A stretch of 64,000 nucleotides of DNA, from the IMG/VR virus record IMGVR_UViG_3300043029_000019; one strand, 5' to 3'. The translations under genes were made by a program, and so were the position numbers. Positions 17,583 to 27,292 of the stretch are shown here, in pieces; position 1 is the first letter of the stretch; each line of letters opens with the position of its first letter. The DNA comes from an uncultured virus (IMG/VR IMGVR_UViG_3300043029_000019) (taxonomy: Duplodnaviria; Heunggongvirae; Uroviricota; Caudoviricetes). The notes under the pieces are model-generated. The model saw only the letters and a program-made list of their open reading frames with translations. It had not been told where the DNA came from and ran no database searches.

Positions 17583-18190
17583 GTTCTCTCGCTAACGTAG
17601 GAGGTTGATTGGTACGGTTCTGTTCGGTCGGTTTGCGCGTTCAGGGTCTTCATCCGCGCCATGCGGGCATCGTACACGCCTCTAAGAGCGTCAGCCATTT
17701 TGTAGCTTTTGGCGACGATCATAGCGAGGTCAACAGACATCCTTGCGGCGAAGGCCTGCACAAACGATGGTGAAAACTTCGATGGGTCCTCGACACTGGC
17801 AATATAGAGGATTTTTACCTCTTCCTCGTCTGTCAAAAGCTTTTCGCCCTCAACCTCCCACGTTTTCCCAAATGTCGCCACCTGCACACTCTGCGCTGTC
17901 GATTGGTCGAGCATGGCATATTCGTCGTCCTGCATTTCGAGCACTCGCAGGCAATCGGACGGCAAAGCGTAGGCATACAGGTAGCCGTATCCCGGGGTTT
18001 CATCAAGCCGCGCCAAAATCGCCCTGCGCTTGCAGAACGTCCAAGCGTGCGCCTCCTGAATCTCGTCTCGCAACAGGCTATATATGGCCTTACACGCTCT
18101 TCCTTCTGCGCTGGCATCATCCATGGTTGCAATTCTGCCGCCGCCCATCATGCCTAATGCTAGATTGCAAATTTGTACGTCACTGGCCAT
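17579..18190 (-). CDS. Tail tubular protein A (adaptor)
   Basis: ICNLAL...HAWTF...YALPSDCLRV. Confidence 0.88.
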   Translation of the reverse strand: MASDVQICNLALGMMGGGRIATMDDASAEGRACKAIYSLLRDEIQEAHAWTFCKRRAILARLDETPGYGYLYAYALPSDCLRVLEMQDDEYAMLDQSTAQSVQVATFGKTWEVEGEKLLTDEEEVKILYIASVEDPSKFSPSFVQAFAARMSVDLAMIVAKSYKMADALRGVYDARMARMKTLNAQTDRTEPYQSTSYVSERT

Positions 18191-18199
18191 GTATCACCG

Positions 18200-18223
18200 A
18201 AAAGGGGAGGCCGAAGCCTCCCC
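18200..18223 (-). terminator. Terminator after the capsid genes
   Basis: GGGGAGGC-TTCG-GCCTCCCC followed by TTTT. Confidence 0.7.
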
Positions 18224-18231
18224 ATTGTGGG

Positions 18232-18414
18232 TTAACGGATGCCGTCACCAAGGTCTGTCAGGGTTTCCGGCTGTTTGTCTGGCTTATTTTCCTTCTTCTT
18301 GGTTTTGGCGGGTTCGCAACATGCGGGGCACTTCTTGCCGAGGATGTCGAACTCTTCTCCCGGCCTGCGACGCGCCCCGCCGATAAAGCACATTACCTTA
18401 GCTCTTACGCGCAT
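18232..18414 (-). CDS. Small virion-region protein
   Basis: 60 aa, RRRPGEEF motif, position after the capsid cement gene. Confidence 0.6.
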   Translation of the reverse strand: MRVRAKVMCFIGGARRRPGEEFDILGKKCPACCEPAKTKKKENKPDKQPETLTDLGDGIR

Positions 18415-18424
18415 ATGTCACCCC

Positions 18425-18874
18425 TTACAGAGCGTCAGGATAGGCGACGTTGTACGGCACGTCACTGGTCAGGAAAGCATTGACCTTGCCAGCTGTAACG
18501 GCTTCAACCGCAGTGGTCTGCAAAACGCCGAGATACCGCTCGTAAGTGCCTTGAGGAAGTTTCACGGCGCATACCTGATACCCTTCGACCAAAGTGGCCT
18601 GCGCAATGGCTGAGGTGCTGAAATGGTACGTTGCGCTGCCGTCTGCGGCAATAGCGGCCTGGGCGTCGGAACACAGATGGAACTGCACGGTAACGCCATC
18701 GCCAGCGGAATCGACATCGGTGTCAACCTCGATGACAAGATACAGGTCTTCCCCAACGCCGGGGTTGCCAGGGACAGCGGTCATGTCAATGACATCGCCG
18801 ATCAGATACGAGCCAGCCGCCCCCGTATTGAGGGCGGTGGCATCGCAAAATTCGTTGCGTTCGTCGAGAATCAT
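18425..18874 (-). CDS. Capsid cement protein (Bbp16-like)
   Basis: MILDERNEF...DVIDM...ERYLGV...TAGKVNAFL, directly after the major capsid gene. Confidence 0.85.
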   Translation of the reverse strand: MILDERNEFCDATALNTGAAGSYLIGDVIDMTAVPGNPGVGEDLYLVIEVDTDVDSAGDGVTVQFHLCSDAQAAIAADGSATYHFSTSAIAQATLVEGYQVCAVKLPQGTYERYLGVLQTTAVEAVTAGKVNAFLTSDVPYNVAYPDAL

Positions 18875-18889
18875 ATTTGCTCCTTTATC

Positions 18890-19888
18890 TTAAATGCCGG
18901 ATTCGGTGTTCAGAATGGCGTCACAGCGTCGTACCGGGATGCCGTCGAACATGGTGACATGCTTGCCTGCTACCTGCTCCATGGTCAGCGTAGACGATGC
19001 CACTTTGTTCATGATCTGACGCCGCAGGAAACTTTTGACGGTGCGATTACAGTAGAAGGCAGGACGGCCCATGGACAGCGAGGGGATAATTTCCACAGCC
19101 TGGGTCATCAGGTCGATGAGGTCGGGGCCGGAAGAGGCGTTTTTAACCAGGTCTTCCTGGTCAATGTTGATACGGCACACATACCGCCAGTCCCGCACAG
19201 TCAAGCCGCAGTCCCAACGGTAATGGCTGCGGTAGGCTTCCATGCGCCCCCCGCTGCCGTCAACGTCCTCGATGGTAACCTGCCCCTTGTCCTCATGTTG
19301 CAGACCTGCCTTGGAGCCTTTGGGATAAATGCCGTGTATGGTGTTCGGGCCCCAAACGACAAGCCAGATAGAAGTGTTATCGGAGCCGTCAGGGGTGGCG
19401 GCAGAGGTCAGGATGTTGTCGCCGTTTTGTGCGCTCTGATCGTTGAACCGCGGGGAGAAGCCCGTAAAGGCTTCGGGTTCGGTGGACTCATTGCCGTAAA
19501 AGAGGGTGGAAGAAAACTCGTTATTCATCCCCTCGATGTGGGCGCGGTCCTCAGACAGCCGGAATGATGCGGTGTTCCCGTTCAGATCGGCAAGAGCCTT
19601 GTCAACTTCGGCATAAGCTTCGAGCATACCGCAGGTGTCGGTAATCTGCGCGGTGGTCGATTTTGTCGGCTGCACGCCACCGTACAGCTTACGCCAGGTC
19701 GGAGTCGGAAGACCGGTGCGGATGGTGGTCCGATGGCCGGTTGGGAGGTTGCCTTCAAGCCAGACCATATCCTGCAAAATTTCGTTGGTCTGGTTCAACA
19801 TTTCGGCAATAGTGTCAATTTTGCCGTTGGGGTCCAGCCGCTTGGTTATGTCAAGCAGCGTCGGGTGAGTAGTTGCAAGTGTGCTCAT
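18890..19888 (-). CDS. Major capsid protein (BPP-1-like)
   Basis: PTLLDITKRLDP...EGNLPTGHRTTIRTGLP...FRLSED...FDGIPVRRCDAI. Confidence 0.93.
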   Translation of the reverse strand: MSTLATTHPTLLDITKRLDPNGKIDTIAEMLNQTNEILQDMVWLEGNLPTGHRTTIRTGLPTPTWRKLYGGVQPTKSTTAQITDTCGMLEAYAEVDKALADLNGNTASFRLSEDRAHIEGMNNEFSSTLFYGNESTEPEAFTGFSPRFNDQSAQNGDNILTSAATPDGSDNTSIWLVVWGPNTIHGIYPKGSKAGLQHEDKGQVTIEDVDGSGGRMEAYRSHYRWDCGLTVRDWRYVCRINIDQEDLVKNASSGPDLIDLMTQAVEIIPSLSMGRPAFYCNRTVKSFLRRQIMNKVASSTLTMEQVAGKHVTMFDGIPVRRCDAILNTESGI

Positions 19889-19962
19889 GTTTTACCTTTC
19901 TCTCTGCCATCACGACAGTGAATATATGTGCGGCCCTGTCTCTCGACGGTCCATGTTCGTTA

Positions 19963-20589
19963 TCAGTTCATGTCCGGATACAAAATGTGTTCTGGGGTCT
20001 TCTCGCCCCCGCCGACGCCTCCCTGCGGACTGTCCTCAGAGAGCTTCTCGCCGATTTTTGACAATAGCTTGACCAAAACGGGAGAATTCCCCATGCCAGA
20101 CTCATCAAGCCACTTACCAACTTCCTCATCCGCAAAAGTTTTCAACGTCTGGTTGGCAAGCCGCAGGGCCTCATCGTACTTCTCTTTGCCCATCTCCGAC
20201 GCCATCTGCTTGAGCCCTTCTTGCATCTGTGCATCGGCTTGTTCCCGCAATTTCTCCGGCAGGTTGCCCATCCGCTCCACGTCGAACTTAACGAGCGCAT
20301 TCACCTGTTCTTGGGTCAATCCGGCCTCTTTCGCAACTGGCGCGAAGGCTTCAAAAGTGGTGCTATCAATTTCCACACCTTCGGGGGCCGTGTATTCCTC
20401 CGGGGCTTGCGGGCCTTTCAAGGCGTCCTGCAATGCCTCAAACGAGTCGTAGCCCTTCATCGACTCGCGGTATTCTTCCGGCAATGCGTCTGCCCAATGA
20501 CTTTGGTTTTCGCCTCCCTGCTCTTGGCTAACCTCTGTCGCTTCCGTTCCCTGGTCGGTTCCGGTGTCAAGTGCTGATTCTTCGCTCAT
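19963..20589 (-). CDS. Capsid scaffolding protein
   Basis: Acidic; APEEY...GLTQEQ...GMGNSP...IGEKLSED...LYP. Confidence 0.8.
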   Translation of the reverse strand: MSEESALDTGTDQGTEATEVSQEQGGENQSHWADALPEEYRESMKGYDSFEALQDALKGPQAPEEYTAPEGVEIDSTTFEAFAPVAKEAGLTQEQVNALVKFDVERMGNLPEKLREQADAQMQEGLKQMASEMGKEKYDEALRLANQTLKTFADEEVGKWLDESGMGNSPVLVKLLSKIGEKLSEDSPQGGVGGGEKTPEHILYPDMN

Positions 20590-20858
20590 TAGTCCTCCAT
20601 GGATATCTGTGTCAATTCAAGGCCGCGTTGCTCCAACTCAAGCAAGCCTTGATAGCTTCGTTTGTCCAGTGCGTTGAGGATCTTCAACCCGATAGCGCGC
20701 ATCCCCTCATTGTAAAACGTCTGGCTGTTGCCGGTCATGCTCGGCTCAAATACGCCGCACTCACGAAGCAGGTCTTCAAGTACTCTTTGCCCGTGCGGTG
20801 TGGCAAGAAATGTGCGTCGGTAATCCTCACGCATCCTGCGGATGGCGTCCTTATCCAT
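20589..20858 (-). CDS. Bbp19-like head protein
   Basis: TPHGQRVLEDL...TFYNEGMRAIGL. Confidence 0.75.
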   Translation of the reverse strand: MDKDAIRRMREDYRRTFLATPHGQRVLEDLLRECGVFEPSMTGNSQTFYNEGMRAIGLKILNALDKRSYQGLLELEQRGLELTQISMED

Positions 20859-21097
20859 CAGTAAAGTGCCACAATATCAGTCGCGGTTGTGCCTGTTGAC
20901 CACACTCGCGTTACTTCCATGCTGATATACCCATCGGTTGCAGGCCAAACAAAGGTGTCGCCCAAGATCGTGGTAATCTTTACCGTCCCGTAACCTCCTA
21001 CCCATAGCGATCTTGCAGGCCTAGGAAGGTCGGTGTCGTCGGCAGGTGTTACGAGGAAGCCGCCTGCCCCTGCGGATATCGAGCCATTCGGTTGCAT
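20858..21097 (-). CDS. Head-spike base protein (RcGTA Rcc01079-like)
   Basis: VTPADDTDL...RSLWVGGYG...RVWSTGTTATDIVALY. Confidence 0.75.
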   Translation of the reverse strand: MQPNGSISAGAGGFLVTPADDTDLPRPARSLWVGGYGTVKITTILGDTFVWPATDGYISMEVTRVWSTGTTATDIVALY

Positions 21098-21106
21098 GTC
21101 TTCTCC

Positions 21107-22771
21107 TTATACTGCTGGCAATTTGTCCAACAGACCGTTTAATGCCGTGTCTTCTCCGGTAGGGGTTTGCCCTAAATCCTTCGCCGCTTTTGCCGCCTGT
21201 GACGCCTGCTCCATCATCATTTGTTGAGCCTGCGCTTGCTTGCGTTGCTGCCGCATCTCTGCCGCTTCGTCGTCGCTCCGTAGCATCTTCGGGTCAGCCC
21301 CAGCAAGGTCGGCGTATTCTTCCAGCATGGCATCAAAATTAACGCGGTCGAGAACTTCCGGATTGAAATTCGCAAGGTTCCCGGCAAACATGGCCGTCCT
21401 CTCTATCGCTTGCGTTCCGACTGCTTTCTGCGCCTGGGCGAGCAAAGACGTGTATTCAACCTTGATTTCCTGCCCCTGTATCTCCCTCGGAGGCTCCGGC
21501 AGGCGGCCGTTACGCATTAAAATATCGAACACGCGGTCTACCAGAGGTGAAAGGAACTCGCTGTTCTGCCGCTCTAGGACAGGCCCGAGAATGGCGAGCT
21601 TTTCTTCATGCCTTCGCGCCACCTCCGTGGCTGTCATGTTTTTGTCTTCGAGGATCATCAGGAACAGATCGTTGAAAAATCCCTGCCTTATCCTGTTTTC
21701 TACCTCGCGTATTTCGGAAGCGACCGCGCCAATGTCCGGCGTAATCTGCACGGTCGACCGTATAATTTCGTTTTCCTTGGCGTTGACATAGTTCTGCGCA
21801 TTTGGGAGCAGCGACAGCCTGCCTTTAAAGCTCGATGGTATGTTCATCGGTGGGTTGACAACCTTGTCAATCGACGCGAGCTTGTCACGCTCCAACTTCT
21901 GCAGCATCTTTATATCGCCCAACATCTCCATGCCGGGGCAATTAGAGCCGTAAGCGTCTTCTCCCACCACCTCCCAACGCGGGAACATGGCAGGCTGGGT
22001 ATTGAACCCGCTCTCTTTTAGAAACGAGTCCTCCGGAGCCCCGTCCTCCCAATAGACCGAGGCCCAAGGCATGTTGTCAGACCCGGCTTTGTTGGGGTCG
22101 TAGTCCTTGCGCGGAAAGACGGCGTTAATTACTCGCACCTGCGCGTCTGGATTCTTTTCTGCAAGGTTGCGCGTATGCGGAGAGCAGTTGTTAAGCCCGA
22201 ACTGTTCCGCTACCGTCCTTGCGGTCATCCAGTACCACCTGAAGCCCGTGTCAACACTCCCTGCATGGTCTGTGGCCAGCGTGTAGCTGCCGACCGTCCA
22301 AGGTACACAGCGGATCATCTTCTTAGGATCTTCGTAGACGGCAAAAGGTCCGGTGCCGAACACTACCTGCTCTAAAAACGGCGTATGCACGGCACTGTAG
22401 AAGTTTGACCGCGTAAACACTCCGTACATCACCTGTTGCACATCGTGCAGCCACCGCCTAGCGGGCTCCCAATCGTTCATATCCTCGTCCCACAGGCTCA
22501 GCTTCAGCCACGGGAGTGAGTGCGGTACCAGCCCCCCTTTGAGACCAGACACGGCAATGGAAACAGCGCGGGAAGCCGATCCGTTAATGATTTTGCTGTG
22601 CTTGTACTTGTCGCCCTTGCCAGCCTGCGTATTCCGGTCAACAAATCGCCCATGTCGTGGGAGAATAAAATCAGCTAGGTCTTTCCAATGCGAGTGCCAG
22701 TCCGCGTCGTCGCTGTCCCTCTTGAGTTTGTACCGCCGCTTGAGCCGGCGTATGCCTTCGGATGTAATCAT
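21107..22771 (-). CDS. Portal / head-tail connector
   Basis: MTATEVARRHEEKLAILGPVLER; size and synteny. Confidence 0.93.
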   Translation of the reverse strand: MITSEGIRRLKRRYKLKRDSDDADWHSHWKDLADFILPRHGRFVDRNTQAGKGDKYKHSKIINGSASRAVSIAVSGLKGGLVPHSLPWLKLSLWDEDMNDWEPARRWLHDVQQVMYGVFTRSNFYSAVHTPFLEQVVFGTGPFAVYEDPKKMIRCVPWTVGSYTLATDHAGSVDTGFRWYWMTARTVAEQFGLNNCSPHTRNLAEKNPDAQVRVINAVFPRKDYDPNKAGSDNMPWASVYWEDGAPEDSFLKESGFNTQPAMFPRWEVVGEDAYGSNCPGMEMLGDIKMLQKLERDKLASIDKVVNPPMNIPSSFKGRLSLLPNAQNYVNAKENEIIRSTVQITPDIGAVASEIREVENRIRQGFFNDLFLMILEDKNMTATEVARRHEEKLAILGPVLERQNSEFLSPLVDRVFDILMRNGRLPEPPREIQGQEIKVEYTSLLAQAQKAVGTQAIERTAMFAGNLANFNPEVLDRVNFDAMLEEYADLAGADPKMLRSDDEAAEMRQQRKQAQAQQMMMEQASQAAKAAKDLGQTPTGEDTALNGLLDKLPAV

Positions 22772-23220
22772 CCAACCTCCAACGCCTGAGAATTGCGCTT
22801 GCGCCGCCGGTAGTTCATCTCCGTCGCCAGGCGGCTGCGTGCATTTCCTGTCTGTTGCCTATACACAGCGGCAGCTGTCTCCCTATCGCCAGTCTGGGGG
22901 ACATGCGTTTTCAGACCGCTCAGGGCAGTTTTTTTCTGCTGCCCTTTGTTGTCGCGAAACGGCTTCAGCGTACCGTCGGACAGGTCTACAAACAATTTTT
23001 TAGACCCCCACAACGGGAACGGCGTCTTCTCTGCTGGTTCCCGATCCACCGGTTGGGCTGCGGTTTCATTGCGCTTCTTGCCGTACAGCTGCGTGCTACT
23101 CATCCCTAGCGCCGCTGTTTTTGCCTCATACGCTTGCGACAACGCCAGAGCTTTGCGCTTAGCTTTTTTTTCCTCGACTTCGGGGTCGGATTGTTCTGGA
23201 GTGTCCGGCGAACCGCCCAT
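22768..23220 (-). CDS. Hypothetical protein between terminase and portal
   Basis: AGGAGG RBS, MGGSP start, coupled to portal. Confidence 0.6.
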   Translation of the reverse strand: MGGSPDTPEQSDPEVEEKKAKRKALALSQAYEAKTAALGMSSTQLYGKKRNETAAQPVDREPAEKTPFPLWGSKKLFVDLSDGTLKPFRDNKGQQKKTALSGLKTHVPQTGDRETAAAVYRQQTGNARSRLATEMNYRRRKRNSQALEVG

Positions 23221-23228
23221 GTTGCCTC

Positions 23229-24779
23229 CTATAGATTTGCAAACGGGTCGTAGCTCTCCTGACCCTTGTTTAACTCGTCGTAAAACCCGCCGATCGCGTC
23301 GGGGTCCGGAAAATCCGCACCTAGATCCGGGTCAACTATCCGAGCAATATTGTCCAGCATGTCATCATGGATGCAGACCGGGAAACATATGTATTCCTCG
23401 TCGACGAAGAGCTTTACATAGTCAGCCATCTTCCCATCGTGCAACATAAACGGCAGATGGTGCGGCATCCAAAACCGACCGTTTTCAAATATCGGGATCA
23501 GCTTGCGGATGCGGTCGAACTTAGGCATCGGGCCGCCAAGCGGCGTTATGTCGAAGTGGTAGGTCTCTTGATGCTGCTTATCCTCAATATGCTCAATGTC
23601 AGAGTCCTTACCGTATTTCTCATATCCGACAGCCAGCGGACGATACTTTTTATGGAACTCAAACAACTTCTTAGTGCGCTCCGTCAAATTAAGACGATCT
23701 CGAATGCCGTCAATGAGGTAATAGTTCCGATCAGGGCCAAGCCCTATGACCACCATTGAGGTGTAGTCGGAGCCTTTCTTTTTTTCTCCTGCTGGGTCTA
23801 CCAAAATGTAGCGGTTAAATAGGTCGCTCTCAATGGACGGATAGAACCGCAACCAATCCAGTTGAAACCCTTGTGCTTCGTCGGCTGTTGGATTTTGCAG
23901 CATCTGACACCCGAAAACATACGGCCCCATGTCCCGCCGCTTCCCAGCAAGAGACTCGGCAGACAAAAAAACCGGCTTGCCGTCTGGCTTGCCGGTATCT
24001 GTTGCCGGATAGATGCGTGGTGTTACCGCCTCGCGCTCCATCATGGATCTGTATGTGTCGTTAAAGTGGTACCGCGTACCTATATGCCGCCGCCTGCCTC
24101 CGTGCGCCCCAAGGTTTAGCGACACCGCCCACCGCTCTGTGACCTTAGCGATCATTTCGGGAGTTGTTACAGACTCCAGGGTGACAACATCGTCATAGAC
24201 TAGTAAATTAAAATGCTTCGACGTCGGCTGCCCGTCCACAAGCCCCCACGCCTCTACTGTGGCCTCTTTTGGATTGCCTTTACGTTTGACGATAATGCCG
24301 CTATCTAGAGACCATTTTGGGGCCTCGCGACGTGGGTTGTCCCACAACACATCAGGGTAGACCTCCTTGAGCAGGGTGTTATGCTCAAACTCCTGCATGA
24401 TCTGCGCTAAAAACGCTTTAGCGATAGGACGTGTGCAGGAAAATATCCCGGCGGTAACCTCCTGGCTCCAGTGAAACGAGTCCGCGCTGTGTGAGTCGAG
24501 AACGTCTTGTATCGTCCGCCCGAACGTTATCAGCGTCGATTTATAATGCTCTCGCGCCCACAGATCTAAATAGCCGTCCGGTCTCTGCTGCACCTCACTG
24601 CACCGGTCAAACAACCAGTCACGATCGATGTCCCGACGATGAAGCAACCTTGTCAGCAGGAAAAACAAATCACGCCGCCCGAGCTCATTCATCGTCTTGA
24701 CGATGCAGCCGTCCTTTTCCGCATCATGAAGGATGTCAGCATAAAATTCATTCGCTTGTTTTCTGCTCGTAAATTTCAT
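23229..24779 (-). CDS. terL: Terminase large subunit
   Basis: AREHYKST Walker A variant, LVYDD, GTRYH, VDPA, HDDMLD nuclease motifs. Confidence 0.92.
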   Translation of the reverse strand: MKFTSRKQANEFYADILHDAEKDGCIVKTMNELGRRDLFFLLTRLLHRRDIDRDWLFDRCSEVQQRPDGYLDLWAREHYKSTLITFGRTIQDVLDSHSADSFHWSQEVTAGIFSCTRPIAKAFLAQIMQEFEHNTLLKEVYPDVLWDNPRREAPKWSLDSGIIVKRKGNPKEATVEAWGLVDGQPTSKHFNLLVYDDVVTLESVTTPEMIAKVTERWAVSLNLGAHGGRRRHIGTRYHFNDTYRSMMEREAVTPRIYPATDTGKPDGKPVFLSAESLAGKRRDMGPYVFGCQMLQNPTADEAQGFQLDWLRFYPSIESDLFNRYILVDPAGEKKKGSDYTSMVVIGLGPDRNYYLIDGIRDRLNLTERTKKLFEFHKKYRPLAVGYEKYGKDSDIEHIEDKQHQETYHFDITPLGGPMPKFDRIRKLIPIFENGRFWMPHHLPFMLHDGKMADYVKLFVDEEYICFPVCIHDDMLDNIARIVDPDLGADFPDPDAIGGFYDELNKGQESYDPFANL

Positions 24780-25173
24780 GCATTTTCTCCGCCACAGCGG
24801 GGGATACCGAGTGATTAACATCTACAGCCCCGGCCACCTCGTGTTTCTCGGTATACAGCCCCGATGCTTTACCTCTGTTGACCTCTGCCGCGATGGCCGC
24901 TTGCCATTTCTGATCAGATTCGGCCAGGTCACGCAGGCGCTTTAAATCGTTTAGATGCTGCTCAAGGGTGACTTGCGCCTTCTCGGCAGCGGGGGCCTGC
25001 AGCTCTTTGACCCTTGAGGCGATCTTGGGGTTATCCATTAACTCCTTGGCCGTGCGATTGATACTCGCCGCTGACATTTTCCCAGCACTGTACGCCTGCC
25101 GGTAGGCCTCACTGGCGTTACCTGTCTCTATATAGACAAGACAAAATTTTTCCTGTTTCGGCGTCAGTGCCAT
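24748..25173 (-). CDS. terS: Terminase small subunit
   Basis: LTPKQEKFC...GNASEAYRQAY. Confidence 0.9.
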   Translation of the reverse strand: MALTPKQEKFCLVYIETGNASEAYRQAYSAGKMSAASINRTAKELMDNPKIASRVKELQAPAAEKAQVTLEQHLNDLKRLRDLAESDQKWQAAIAAEVNRGKASGLYTEKHEVAGAVDVNHSVSPAVAEKMHEIYEQKTSE

Positions 25174-25343
25174 AACTCAATTCTTTCTTGCCTTCCGCGC
25201 CATCTTGTTCCCGCACTCGCCGCCGCGACACATGCACCGCCGCCCCTTATCCATAAACCGTCCCGCTGTGCAGTAGGCGCGGCAGTAAGCGGGATCAATG
25301 TCGGATTGATTCAAAATATTTTTCACTTTTTTTATTTTTCTTG

Positions 25344-25372
25344 TTGACATGCCGAACGGTGCGCGGTATAGT
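25344..25372 (+). promoter_or_regulatory. Strong sigma70 promoter of the moron
   Basis: TTGACA-N17-TATAGT with an A/T-rich upstream tract. Confidence 0.8.
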
Positions 25373-25413
25373 TTAATCACAGTGAGGGACAAACTAACTA
25401 ACAGGAGGACAAC

Positions 25414-25722
25414 ATGACTATCAGGGAAATCATCACTAACAAAATCGCCGCTTCGAAACTCACGGACAGCGAGATCGCAGAAATGGCCTATGGTATCAAC
25501 TATTTCTACCCGTTGGACTGCGGCATGAGCCGCGAGGACGCAATATGGTGGCGAGACAACCAGCAGGAATTTGTTGATCGTCTGGACGCCATCAAAAACC
25601 AAACCGCCAGCCGAGGCGAAATGGTTACGTGTTCCTGCGGTCACACCATCCCTAAAAATTTGGTTATGTCCACCAGCCTCGGGACCTCGTGCCAGGACTG
25701 CTACGACAAAATGAGCGTATAA
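25414..25722 (+). CDS. Moron gene 1, C-terminal zinc finger
   Basis: AGGAGG RBS; CSCGH...CQDC. Confidence 0.8.
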   Translation: MTIREIITNKIAASKLTDSEIAEMAYGINYFYPLDCGMSREDAIWWRDNQQEFVDRLDAIKNQTASRGEMVTCSCGHTIPKNLVMSTSLGTSCQDCYDKMSV

Positions 25723-25747
25723 TTACACACCAACAGAGGAGGAAAGC

Positions 25748-25960
25748 ATGAATATCGAGTTTGTCGAAAAAGAACAAATCTGGCAAGAAGAGCAAACCCG
25801 CTATTGGTTTTCTGTCGACGGCGAAGAGTTCTGCATCGCCGACACAAACGGAGAAACTCAATTGCTCGACAGCGCCGGGTGCCCCATTGAGGACTGCAAT
25901 GACCACAATAGGGTTAAAGCCGCCCTGATTCCCGAATACAAAAAAAGGACCATGGATTAA
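25748..25960 (+). CDS. Moron gene 2, small acidic protein
   Basis: GGAGG RBS; 70 aa. Confidence 0.75.
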   Translation: MNIEFVEKEQIWQEEQTRYWFSVDGEEFCIADTNGETQLLDSAGCPIEDCNDHNRVKAALIPEYKKRTMD

Positions 25961-26133
25961 TGACAAATTACGAATTTAAACAGGCCCAACTCCGGTTGGG
26001 CCTCACCAACCAGCAATTAGCCGACACTCTCAAGGTCTCCCTCCGTGCCGTCGAAATGTGGCGGCAGGGGGCTAGGCCAATTCCTGGCCCGGTAGAAGTT
26101 GCGATTAATCTAATGCTTAATCAGCCCCGCTAG
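25960..26133 (+). CDS. Moron gene 3, XRE-type HTH protein (57 aa)
   Basis: Hand-translated MTNYEFKQAQLRLGLTNQQLADTLKVSLRAVEMWRQGARPIPGPV; TAATG coupling. Confidence 0.85.
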   Translation: MTNYEFKQAQLRLGLTNQQLADTLKVSLRAVEMWRQGARPIPGPVEVAINLMLNQPR

Positions 26134-26146
26134 TTCGGGGCTTTTT
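26123..26146 (+). terminator. Moron terminator
   Basis: AGCCCCG-CTAGTT-CGGGGCT followed by TTTT. Confidence 0.75.
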
Positions 26147-26364
26147 CATGCCGCGTCATCTACACGCCACCGCCCTTTTTGCGTTGTGCGCACTGTTGGC
26201 ACGCCTCAAAATCCAGCGGCTTGTCGCTCCATCGGCAGGTTTTGCAGTCCCGAGTTATCCCCATAGGACACACGCCATAATAACGCCGGAGGTTAGCCCA
26301 AACCCGCAGGCGGCAGATAAGGCCGCGACATGGGCCAAGGTGACGGCTATTTCGTAAACTATTT

Positions 26365-26709
26365 TCATTCGCCCAGCCTCTCGATTTCAAAGTCAATGTA
26401 TCGCCGCGCCTTTTTCAGATCCTCGATAGCGGCACCTTTTTTCCCAGCCCTTAGCACATACTTGACCACGTTGCCGAGGCAAAAATTTAACTCCCGCGTG
26501 ATTTGAATAGCCTCGACCGGCTCCCCGCATTTGCACCTGACTCCGGTATCCGTGTAGTGTGCTGGGTGGTTAACCATGTCGGCCAACTCGCCTTGCTTGT
26601 CGTGCGCCACTGTTGGCTGTCTTGATACGCAACCCTCATTACTGCACTGCAAAAAATTCCCGCTCCTCTCCAGTTCACTGCCGCAATAGCCACAACAAAC
26701 AGCACCCAT
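26365..26709 (-). CDS. DUF3310-like phage protein with N-terminal Cys cluster
   Basis: VNHPAHY...FCLGNVVKYVLRAGKKG...EDLKKARRY. Confidence 0.85.
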   Translation of the reverse strand: MGAVCCGYCGSELERSGNFLQCSNEGCVSRQPTVAHDKQGELADMVNHPAHYTDTGVRCKCGEPVEAIQITRELNFCLGNVVKYVLRAGKKGAAIEDLKKARRYIDFEIERLGE

Positions 26710-26863
26710 CACTCCACCTCCCCGTAAATATCCCCGCCTCTGCACTCGCTCTGCGGCAACTCGCCACTCGCGATGAGGCACGCCTGCGGACATTTATGCC
26801 GGTCTTGGCATCCCCGGCAGCATGCGCCGTCTTTTCCCCTTATTTCGCAGCGGCAGCGTGTTT

Positions 26864-27070
26864 TCATTTAATCCTCAAAATGTGACAGGCCTTGTTCGTG
26901 CATCTTCTGCGCTCTCCCTCCACCGTGGCGTTGTCCGTCCCGCACTCGCATACCCACTGGATAATTAGCAGGTAGCCGATAGGCACCTCGCCACCGCATT
27001 GTGCAGCTAGGTCGATGTAGTATTGCCGCCATTGTTCCGGTGTGGGCCATACGTCCATGCGCTGCTCCAT
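26864..27070 (-). CDS. Small zinc-ribbon protein
   Basis: 68 aa; WVCECG...CTNKAC. Confidence 0.5.
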   Translation of the reverse strand: MEQRMDVWPTPEQWRQYYIDLAAQCGGEVPIGYLLIIQWVCECGTDNATVEGERRRCTNKACHILRIK

Positions 27071-27292
27071 AAAAAGTGCCGCTGCTACTTTGGAGAGTAA
27101 CAGCGGCTACAGGAGGAGGAGGGCCAGTGCTTACGCGCCACTGGCAGACGCCGCACGGCTAACACGGGTTGTCGCCGTTATATGCCCGTAGGCAGGATGT
27201 AACTGTCCAGAAAAGCAAAAGCCGCGCTTTCGCACGGCCCCGCCTGTCAAATCGACCAGCTAGTGGTCAATGTGCGCAACCCCCATGTCGCG

